The notes under the pieces are model-generated. The model saw only the letters and a program-made list of their open reading frames with translations. It ran no database searches and was not told where the DNA came from. DNA of 64,000 nt from contig QCDI01000004.1 in the NCBI GenBank assembly GCA_003280965.1, positions 1 to 64,000 on the forward strand, given 5' to 3'. Shown here piece after piece: positions 1 through 7,065 of the stretch. Each line of letters opens with the position of its first letter. Position 1 is the stretch's first letter. The DNA is from Prochlorococcus sp. AG-355-B18 (GTDB lineage Bacteria; Cyanobacteriota; Cyanobacteriia; PCC-6307; Cyanobiaceae). The translations under genes were made by a program, and so were the position numbers.

Positions 1-1
1 A

Positions 2-628
2 ACAGTCATTTCTGGAAGTAATAGTAATAAAAGTTGGATATGCGATAAAGGTCATAAATGGAATACATCTATATCTAATAGAGTGCTTCTTGGTAATAAA
101 TGCCCTTTTTGTTGTAACCAGAAAGTATGGACTGGATTCAATGATTTAAAAACTAAATTCCCTGAAATCGCAGCAGAAGCAGACGGTTGGGATCCATCAT
201 TAGTTGTTGCTGGAAGTAAAAAGAAATTCACTTGGAAGTGTCAAAAAGGACATCAATGGAAAGCAACTGCTGGTGGGAGAACAGGAAGAGGAAACGGATG
301 TCCTGTATGTGCTGAATATGGTTTTAATCGAGGAAAACCTGCTTGGTTTTATTTAATGGAAAGAGAAGGTGAACAGCAATTGGGAATAACAAATCATCTT
401 GAAGAAAGGATGAGTACACATTCAAAAAATGGATGGATGAAACTAGATTTAGTAGGACCTATTTCTGGTGAAAAGATTTTTGATACAGAGAGAAAATTAA
501 AACAATGGTTAAGAAGTGAAATTGGAGTAATTGAAGGAACTCAAGAAAATTGGTATACAAAAAATCTCAAAGTATCTTCTTTAGTTGAATTAAAAAAAGA
601 AAGTGGACTAGAAATATCAATTTTTTAA
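2..628 (+). CDS. Zinc-ribbon repeat (DUF4379-like) protein with C-terminal GIY-YIG-like domain, 5'-truncated by the window edge
   Basis: Frame is open from position 2 (TVISGSNSNKSWICDKGHKW...CPFC). Second repeat WKCQKGHQW...CPVC. C-terminus WFYLM...QQLGITNHLEERMSTH resembles GIY-YIG. Confidence 0.7.
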   Translation, partial: TVISGSNSNKSWICDKGHKWNTSISNRVLLGNKCPFCCNQKVWTGFNDLKTKFPEIAAEADGWDPSLVVAGSKKKFTWKCQKGHQWKATAGGRTGRGNGCPVCAEYGFNRGKPAWFYLMEREGEQQLGITNHLEERMSTHSKNGWMKLDLVGPISGEKIFDTERKLKQWLRSEIGVIEGTQENWYTKNLKVSSLVELKKESGLEISIF

Positions 629-639
629 TCAAAGATTTA

Positions 640-755
640 TTGTGTTTTTTAGGTATACCCATACGAAACAACGAAACCAGGAGAAATTCTGTAGTTTATA
701 GGTCTTTTATTGAATTAAACAACGTTGCATAGTAGAATAGACCTATAAACAACAC
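640..755. promoter_or_regulatory. Putative res/recombination site of the serine recombinase
   Basis: Inverted repeat tgtagtttataggtctttt (690-708) / aatagacctataaacaaca (736-754), 17/19 match with a perfect 12-bp core. Related half-sites at ~641-672, directly upstream of the resolvase. Confidence 0.6.
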
Positions 756-764
756 TTAAAGGAA

Positions 765-1310
765 ATGAAGGTAGGTTACGCAAGGGTAAGTTCAGTAGGG
801 CAAAACCTTCAATCACAATTAGATGCTCTGAAAGAATATAAAGTGGAACGTATTTTTTCTGAAAAAGTTTCAGCAACTTCAACCAAAGGTAGAGAGCAAC
901 TAAAAGAGATGCTTAATTTTGTTCGTGAAGGAGATGAAATTGTTTTTACCAGAACTGACAGAATTGCAAGAAGTGTTCTTGATCTTCAACTTATAGTTAA
1001 GGAATTAACTGAAAAAGGAGTTTCTTTAACTGCAACAGAGCAACCAATATCTACAAAAGATGCTACATCTAAATGTTTTCTTGATATGTTGTCTGTGTTT
1101 GCAGAATTTGAAACTAACTTGAGAAAAGAAAGGCAGTTGGATGGAATTAAAGCAAACCTTCATAAGTTCAAAGGCAGAGGGCAAACTATTGATATTGCAA
1201 AAATACAAAAATTAAAAGAAGAAGGAAAAGGTGCTACTGCTATTGCAAAAGAAATGGGTATTGATAGAACTTCTGTATATCGTCTTCTAAAAAGGGTGGA
1301 AGTTAAATGA
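765..1310 (+). CDS. Small serine recombinase (resolvase/invertase family) with C-terminal HTH
   Basis: GYARVSS catalytic motif, TRTDRIARS, and HTH GATAIAKEMGIDRTSVYRLL. Confidence 0.95.
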   Translation: MKVGYARVSSVGQNLQSQLDALKEYKVERIFSEKVSATSTKGREQLKEMLNFVREGDEIVFTRTDRIARSVLDLQLIVKELTEKGVSLTATEQPISTKDATSKCFLDMLSVFAEFETNLRKERQLDGIKANLHKFKGRGQTIDIAKIQKLKEEGKGATAIAKEMGIDRTSVYRLLKRVEVK

Positions 1311-1498
1311 AAAACTCTATACCTCCTTATTTTGTTCTTCACAAAAGCAAAGAAGTGATTTTTTATATTCCAAATGGGATGCCTACAACTATCGGTATTC
1401 CGACTTTCCTAAAAGATTTAGGATTTCCAGATTACAAAGGATTAGTAATGAAGAGCAAATGTATGTTTAAGAAATTACAAGATGAGGAATGTGAATAA
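1307..1498 (+). CDS. Small hypothetical protein (63 aa), translationally coupled to the resolvase
   Basis: ATGA overlap with the resolvase stop codon. Confidence 0.7.
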   Translation: MKNSIPPYFVLHKSKEVIFYIPNGMPTTIGIPTFLKDLGFPDYKGLVMKSKCMFKKLQDEECE

Positions 1499-1665
1499 TG
1501 AAAATCTATCTTTCTTATCAGGATCAGTTTGGTAGGTGGAGGCAGTATCAAACAAAAAATAATGAAAGAGATGCTTACAGAGTGGCAAAACTCAAAGCAG
1601 GGCAAATGAATAAGAGATTTCGACTAACTGATGATTCTGGAAGAGTGTTGGATATTATTAATTAA
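1498..1665 (+). CDS. Small basic hypothetical protein (55 aa, MKIYLSYQDQFGRWRQYQTK...VLDIIN), not in the ORF track
   Basis: TAATG overlap with the upstream ORF. Its 3' part recurs at 2637-2759 with mostly synonymous changes, supporting coding status. Confidence 0.75.
   Translation: MKIYLSYQDQFGRWRQYQTKNNERDAYRVAKLKAGQMNKRFRLTDDSGRVLDIIN
1543..1665 (+). repeat. 123-bp direct repeat, copy 1
   Basis: Near-identical to 2637-2759 (offset 1094). Confidence 0.95.
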
Positions 1666-2501
1666 AAAAAGTTTTTAAACATTCCTTTAACATCTTTTTC
1701 TAAATTTTGGAAATTAGGTTTTTCTACTGTTGAATCATCTGAATTATTGATATTCGTTGAATTTATATTATTTGATTCACTTAATTTATTATTTTCTACG
1801 AATTCATCATTTGACCATCTACCCTCTTCAATATATCCATTTGAATAAGTGTATTTCCCATATCCATCAAATTTGTTATTAACCCAATCTCCTTCATATT
1901 TATCACCATTAGCAAAATAATAAGTCCCTTTACCTGTTTTTTTGTCATTTACGTAATCTCCTACATATTTATCTCCATTTGCCCAAGTGTAAGTCCCTTT
2001 ACCATGTTTTTTATTATTTAAAGTATCACCAACATAACCAATTTTTGGTGCTGCATTTCTTTTGCTTTTTGTTCCTAATACTTTTCTTTTAAGTGTAGAA
2101 GTTCCACAATCATAAGCATTCGCACCAGCACAAGAATAATTTACAAGTTCATCACCCTCAATTGATAATTCAGATTGATTCCAACCAGTTCCAGCAATAG
2201 AATCAAACCATCCTTCTGATTGACCTATAAAACCTTTTAAAGTACCACCATCACTAATTTGCATATCATCTGAATCTTGAAAAAATACTTTTACTCTTTT
2301 ATCTCCAGTAATGCAATATCTTCTTGTTAAGGTTCCACTCCCCCATTCATTTGGTCCCCATTGATATTTAGCAGTTTCCCATGAACATCCACTGCTTTGT
2401 TTAAATTGGTTTTTAAGATTAGCATTCGCATCATTTTGCGATCCTAAAATCAACAAGGTCGCAGAAGTTAATCCACATAACAAATATTGCTTGATTTTCA
2501 T
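1662..2501 (-). CDS. Secreted MORN-repeat protein
   Basis: Signal-peptide-like N-terminus. YVGDTLNNKKHGKGTYTWANGDKYVGDYVNDKKTGKGTY... MORN repeats. Confidence 0.9.
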   Translation of the reverse strand: MKIKQYLLCGLTSATLLILGSQNDANANLKNQFKQSSGCSWETAKYQWGPNEWGSGTLTRRYCITGDKRVKVFFQDSDDMQISDGGTLKGFIGQSEGWFDSIAGTGWNQSELSIEGDELVNYSCAGANAYDCGTSTLKRKVLGTKSKRNAAPKIGYVGDTLNNKKHGKGTYTWANGDKYVGDYVNDKKTGKGTYYFANGDKYEGDWVNNKFDGYGKYTYSNGYIEEGRWSNDEFVENNKLSESNNINSTNINNSDDSTVEKPNFQNLEKDVKGMFKNFF

Positions 2502-2636
2502 TGCTTACTTAAAATTTCTAAAAACCTAGTTTACAAATATATTATTTTTGAAATATGTTAATCATTTTTTACAAAATGTTTACAAATTTTATGATTAGAT
2601 CCATATTTTTATTAAAAACAATTTGGTTTATTAATC

Positions 2637-2759
2637 CAATATCAAACCAAAAATAATGAAAGAGATGCTTACAGAGTGGCAAAACTCAAAGCAGGGCAAA
2701 TGAATAAGAGATTTCGACTAACTGATGATTCTGGAAGAGTTTTGGATCTGATTAACTGA
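2637..2759 (+). repeat. 123-bp direct repeat, copy 2 (orphan 3' fragment of the 55-aa gene)
   Basis: Encodes QYQTKNNERDAYRVAKLKAGQMNKRFRLTDDSGRVLDLIN* without the N-terminal part. Confidence 0.95.
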
Positions 2760-2988
2760 TAATTATTAATTTGTGTAAACCCTTATTCATTTTTGATATA
2801 AAACTCTTATAGATACTCTGTATCCGTTGATCCAAAGGGTTTAGGTTATTAGATTCTTAAAGATACTTTAAAGGGATTATTTAAGGAATTTTAGATTTTA
2901 AATGTATAAATAAATGTAGTTGAGCAATCTAGTTCAATCCTTTAATAGATAAGAAAAGACAGTTCACACCACTACAAACCGAGTAAAG

Positions 2989-3213
2989 ATGCAACAAGTT
3001 TTATACACCCAAAATGCCGTAAGGCAAACCACCGAAGGTGGTTTCCATAGAGTTCTTCGTAAGAATGTCTCATACAACAAATACGAGGATCATATTCAGA
3101 AGATTGAAAAAGAACTAATGAAAAAACACCGATTAGGATACTCTGCTTTAGTTAAATTCCTGATCCTGAGAGAGGGTCAGCAGCAGTTTGGCATTCCATT
3201 TGTATATTCATGA
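2989..3213 (+). CDS. Small hypothetical protein (74 aa), possibly DNA-binding
   Basis: ORF track. Basic helical C-terminus, coupled to the next ORF. Confidence 0.65.
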   Translation: MQQVLYTQNAVRQTTEGGFHRVLRKNVSYNKYEDHIQKIEKELMKKHRLGYSALVKFLILREGQQQFGIPFVYS

Positions 3214-3347
3214 TGATTAACTTAAATCTCAACAAAGTTGATGAAGCAAAGATGAGAGAAGTTATGAAAAAGCAAAGAAGACCATTTACTCAGACAGATG
3301 TTAAAAGGTTCTTTCTGGATCAGATCAATCGTGCTTATATCAGTTGA
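3210..3347 (+). CDS. Small hypothetical protein (45 aa, MMINLNLNKVDEAKMREVMKK...RAYIS), not in the ORF track
   Basis: ATGA overlap with the upstream ORF. Beta-helix-helix pattern reminiscent of a ribbon-helix-helix (inference). Confidence 0.6.
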   Translation: MMINLNLNKVDEAKMREVMKKQRRPFTQTDVKRFFLDQINRAYIS

Positions 3348-3503
3348 ATCTCGCAAACCCCAAAAATTTTAATCTTTGATCTACAAATTATGGAAGTAAG
3401 TTATTTTCATTTTAATTAAAAAGGTCAAGCAAAATTTCAATCTTATATTTTGTATTAATACAATATGAATTTTAATATATGATAAATTCAAATTATTGAT
3501 TTA

Positions 3504-4496
3504 ATGCTTGAAAAGAAAAATAATTTAAATAATAATTTTCTTACTTTTTCCAAAAAAATCATTTTTTCTGGAATCAGTAGCATATTTATTGCTTTACCAG
3601 TTCTTGCAGAAAGAAAACCAGATTTTGTAGTAAGTATAAAACAACTTTCTTATGAGTTCGAAAGAAATTCAATCGTTGCAGAAGATAAATACATGAACAA
3701 AGTAATTAAAACAAATGGAATAATAACAAAAATAGATGATACTTTATTAGGAGATCGTTGGGTTTCTGTAGGTATAAAAGACCCAGAATCTGATGATTTT
3801 GATTTTTTGCCTGCAACTATAAGTTGTCTTCATGTCAGATCTGAACCAATAATAAGAGAATTATATAAAGGTCAAAAAGTAGATATTACAGGAAAAATTA
3901 CGGAAGAAGAACTTGGACTTACTTTGAAATACTGTAGTTATGAAATAATTAGAACTTCAAAAGAATGGAAAGAAATATATTATAGAAAATGGAAAGAGAA
4001 AGATTTTAAAGGAGTTATTTATGCTGCAAGTAAATTCATAGAACTGAATCCAAAAGATAGTACTGCCCTAAATGATCGTGGCACTGCAAAAATTCAATTA
4101 GAAGATTATGAAGGAGCAATTAATGACTTAGATAAATCAATAAAACTGTATCCAAAAAGTGATGCTGCCTTTATTAATCGTAGTTATGCAAAATCTAGTT
4201 TAGGAGATTATGAAGGATCAATTGATGATTTAGATAAAGCAATAAAACTGAACCCAAAAAGTGGATACTTTTTTTTGCGTGGTGTAAAAAAATTTGTATT
4301 AGAAGATTATGAAGAAGCAATTAATGATTTTAATAAAGCAATAAAACTGAACCCAAAAGATGGTAAATCCTTTTATGGTCTTGGTAATGCAAAGAAGAAA
4401 TTAGGAGATCAAAAAGGTGCTTGTTCTGATTGGAGAAAAGCATCAGAGTTGGGAAATAAAAATGCTGTTAATCAAGTCAAAGATAAGTGTAATTAA
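3504..4496 (+). CDS. Secreted OB-fold (tRNA_anti-like) + TPR-repeat protein
   Basis: Signal-like segment ending LPVLA. LSYEFERNSIVAEDKYMNKVI OB-fold-like motif. Repeated DYEGAINDLDKxIKLNPK TPRs, also visible as ~100-bp nucleotide repeats. Confidence 0.85.
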   Translation: MLEKKNNLNNNFLTFSKKIIFSGISSIFIALPVLAERKPDFVVSIKQLSYEFERNSIVAEDKYMNKVIKTNGIITKIDDTLLGDRWVSVGIKDPESDDFDFLPATISCLHVRSEPIIRELYKGQKVDITGKITEEELGLTLKYCSYEIIRTSKEWKEIYYRKWKEKDFKGVIYAASKFIELNPKDSTALNDRGTAKIQLEDYEGAINDLDKSIKLYPKSDAAFINRSYAKSSLGDYEGSIDDLDKAIKLNPKSGYFFLRGVKKFVLEDYEEAINDFNKAIKLNPKDGKSFYGLGNAKKKLGDQKGACSDWRKASELGNKNAVNQVKDKCN

Positions 4497-4588
4497 AATC
4501 AAATGACTAACTTCCCCAATCTATAAACCTTTGAACACAAGAGCAAAAATTTTTCGGAGTAAAAAATCCCTCTCAGAAGGTAATTGTC

Positions 4589-5860
4589 TTAAATTTCTAA
4601 TCCGTTTTTGACTAATAAGTCACACCACTTATTCAGAAATTCTCTTCTTTCTTCAAGCATTAGTGACTTGTCATATGCCTGATCTACTTTGTTGTCTGGT
4701 AAATGCCCCATTTGCTTTTTGATTACTTCTTGAGGTGTCTTTAACAGATCAATTCCATTAGTTAAGGCAACACTTCTCCACCCGTGTGCTCTCAGTTTGT
4801 CTTTATAACCAAGATTACGAATGAAATTATTAGGTGCAGAAGGATCCAAATGAGGAAATCTGCTTTCCATTAGTGGAAGAAAGATATACTTTTCCCCGTT
4901 GTTGAAACGTTTCGCACGATCCAATAGTTTTTCCATTTGAGGAGTGATTGGTACGTGGTGTGGTTTATCGTCATTCCTTCCTTTGTTTCTTTTAAGTCCT
5001 GAAGTAGTTCCTTCAATGGTTAAGAGTTTCTTTTCCCAATCAATCCAATCCCATTCCAATCTTGTTAATGCCCCTGCTCTTAAAAAAGTCATAAGCATAA
5101 ACTTCGTTGCCATTTGTGCGAATGGGTGCGAATTACAGGAATTAAGAGATACTTTTTCTAAAAATTCTGGAACTTCTTCCCACTCAATATGAGGGTGGTG
5201 TGAAACTCTGTGGATATAAACTTTTCTGCCTTCGGAAGACGCAGGGTTTTGCCCCCGTGTCATTTTCCCTTTGAAGATTGCACAGTCAAAAACTTGTTTT
5301 AATAAATTTCGGCACCTTCTTGCAAGATCATAGTTTCTTCCCTTTCCAGCACTTTCAATTTTGGTAATTACTTCTTCGATTCTTTCTTTACCACCAGAAT
5401 CCCATTCCAATTCATTAATTGGAGTTGAACTATCAATATGACTTAAAACTTGATTGAGTTTCCGATCATATTCTCTGTAAGTGTTTTCTTTGATTCTTCC
5501 CTGACACTCATTTAAAAAATAATTGATTGCGTCTTGAAGATTCCAAGCAGATAGTTTCTCCTTATTCTTTTCTCTCTTGTAGTCAGAATAAGAAATTTCA
5601 TTATGGTGGCAGTAATCCTTTATTTCAAAGTATTTTTCTCTGGCATTTTTGAGGGATAATTCTCCCCCTTTATTTCCAAAAGTTCCTAACCAAACTTCTG
5701 TACCTTTGATTCTGCCTTTAAAATATTTTCTTCCACCCAATAGATTCCCTTTCTTACCCTTGTATTGTTTATCAACTACAAGGGTTAGTCCATTTCCTAA
5801 ACCTTTTTTGAAGGTTTTATCGGTAGGTTTCAGGGCAACGATCTGATTATGATTAAGCAT
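4589..5860 (-). CDS. Tyrosine integrase (P4-like, with N-terminal arm-binding domain)
   Basis: Catalytic residues R (TFLRAG), HxxR (HGWR), H (MGH) and Y (DQAY) are present. N-terminus LGNGLTLVV is typical of arm-binding domains. Confidence 0.95.
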   Translation of the reverse strand: MLNHNQIVALKPTDKTFKKGLGNGLTLVVDKQYKGKKGNLLGGRKYFKGRIKGTEVWLGTFGNKGGELSLKNAREKYFEIKDYCHHNEISYSDYKREKNKEKLSAWNLQDAINYFLNECQGRIKENTYREYDRKLNQVLSHIDSSTPINELEWDSGGKERIEEVITKIESAGKGRNYDLARRCRNLLKQVFDCAIFKGKMTRGQNPASSEGRKVYIHRVSHHPHIEWEEVPEFLEKVSLNSCNSHPFAQMATKFMLMTFLRAGALTRLEWDWIDWEKKLLTIEGTTSGLKRNKGRNDDKPHHVPITPQMEKLLDRAKRFNNGEKYIFLPLMESRFPHLDPSAPNNFIRNLGYKDKLRAHGWRSVALTNGIDLLKTPQEVIKKQMGHLPDNKVDQAYDKSLMLEERREFLNKWCDLLVKNGLEI

Positions 5861-6051
5861 TATTTTCTTAACTCCTTAGCAACGTCGTCAATAACTTCTG
5901 CATATCCCAAGAGATCATTTGCGATTTGTTTGATCTCTTGAAAATCAGGGTGTTCACTTCCAACACGTTCTCCCAAATCTTGAATTGCTTTTGCACTTGT
6001 ATAAAGGTTGCAACAGACGTCAATTAATTCTCTATCGAACATTATTTTCAC
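5860..6051 (-). CDS. Small hypothetical protein (63 aa), coupled to the integrase
   Basis: Stop/start overlap with the integrase at 5860. Confidence 0.65.
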   Translation of the reverse strand: MKIMFDRELIDVCCNLYTSAKAIQDLGERVGSEHPDFQEIKQIANDLLGYAEVIDDVAKELRK

Positions 6052-6325
6052 CCCCTTCTCTTGAAAGTTTTAATCCCGATTCAATCCCGTACCTTTCAGC
6101 ATTTGCGTCATACTCTTCAGGAGTAAGGTGTATTAACCATTCCTTGAAGGTTTTCGCATTTGGATTCATAGGGTGTGGATTATTAACTGATGCAGGTGCT
6201 GTGTAATACAAATGCCATAAGTCGTGTATTTGATCAATATCTGCAAGGAAATCTGCGTTACTAATGTATGCTGACCTTACGTAATGCCTTGCTTCTATTT
6301 CTTCTGCTTTATCTGAAAGTCTCAT
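6032..6325 (-). CDS. Hypothetical protein (97 aa)
   Basis: Stop/start overlap with AlpA at 6325. Same strand as the integrase. Confidence 0.7.
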   Translation of the reverse strand: MRLSDKAEEIEARHYVRSAYISNADFLADIDQIHDLWHLYYTAPASVNNPHPMNPNAKTFKEWLIHLTPEEYDANAERYGIESGLKLSREGGENNVR

Positions 6326-6528
6326 TACTTTTTACCCCCTTGTATTGAATAAGAACTTGGATCCTTTTGAAACTTCTCAATTTCATAGGAATTCCAGAAG
6401 ACAATTCTTCCCCATTTGATTCTTTGAGGAAATCTTCCTTCTTTTTCTCTTCTGTTGATTGTGGATTTAGAGAAATTAACCTTCTCTATAACTTGCGGAA
6501 ATCGCAAGAAAACTGATTCATTCTTCAT
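6325..6528 (-). CDS. AlpA-family excisionase / recombination directionality factor
   Basis: FLRFPQVIEKVNFSKSTINRREKEGRFPQRIKWGRIVFW matches the AlpA pattern. Confidence 0.9.
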   Translation of the reverse strand: MKNESVFLRFPQVIEKVNFSKSTINRREKEGRFPQRIKWGRIVFWNSYEIEKFQKDPSSYSIQGGKK

Positions 6529-6755
6529 TTTTACTATGTGAATAATATCAATACAGAACTAATATCTGACTGATTTTTATGTTTGAACTTTTACTTAAAT
6601 ATTGCAGAGAGTGTTGCTCTATTCACACCGTTTCAATATAAAGATATTATACTCCATAACTTCAGTCGTGTCAACCATAGTAGTCTATTATTAGCATTCA
6701 ATAACATTACATTTAGTGGGTGTAATTTACACCTCTTAATTAACAAATAAGACAT

Positions 6756-6779
6756 TAGGGGAGGAAATAGGGGAGGAAA
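6756..6779 (+). repeat. 12-bp tandem direct repeat (taggggaggaaa x2), putative integrase arm-type site
   Basis: Exact tandem repeat starting 103 bp before the end of att core 1. Confidence 0.7.
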
Positions 6780-6844
6780 TTACCTTATTTCTTATTCTTA
6801 TTGGTTCATATCAGTCCATAACTGCTCTCTTGGGTTCACTCTGA

Positions 6845-6859
6845 AATCCTCCCTCTCCG
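6845..6859 (+). other. att core remnant 1 (aatcctccctctccg), similar to a tRNA-Ser 3' end
   Basis: Resembles the ...AATCCC(t/c)(c/t)CTCTCCG 3' end of cyanobacterial tRNA-Ser. No full tRNA is present here. Confidence 0.65.
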
Positions 6860-6973
6860 TGATTATTAGGTGTCAGGAAGCGTTATAAAGACTCAGATTA
6901 TAGATATAGTCAGGTTTCTCTCTAATTCACAGAATCAGGGATAATTACACAGTAGCACGAAGATTCAATCTTT

Positions 6974-6997
6974 TAGGGGATAAAATAGGGGATAAAA
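6974..6997 (+). repeat. 12-bp tandem direct repeat (taggggataaaa x2), putative arm-type site
   Basis: Variant of 6756-6779 with the same 103-bp spacing to att core 2. Confidence 0.7.
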
Positions 6998-7065
6998 TTC
7001 CTACTATCCCATCAGTCAGAGTGTCATCCCTTCCTATATCTACTCACTCAGTCGCAGTCCTATTT

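Noticed and set aside
83..628. ORF-track start at 83 for the Zn-ribbon protein
   Set aside because: The frame is open from position 2 and contains a further zinc-ribbon repeat, so the true start lies upstream of the window.
1026..1342. Antisense 60-aa ORFs over the resolvase, and similar short shadow ORFs over the integrase, cobJ, glsF, tuf, infB and rpoB/C
   Set aside because: They overlap well-supported genes and have no recognisable motifs.
1543..2759. The 123-bp repeats as a CRISPR array, DGR template/variable pair or IS ends
   Set aside because: Only two copies and no spacers or cas genes. No reverse transcriptase, and the differences are not adenine-specific. No transposase.
6830..6860. 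Intact tRNA gene at the att sites
   Set aside because: Only the last 12-15 nt resemble tRNA-Ser; no cloverleaf can be formed.
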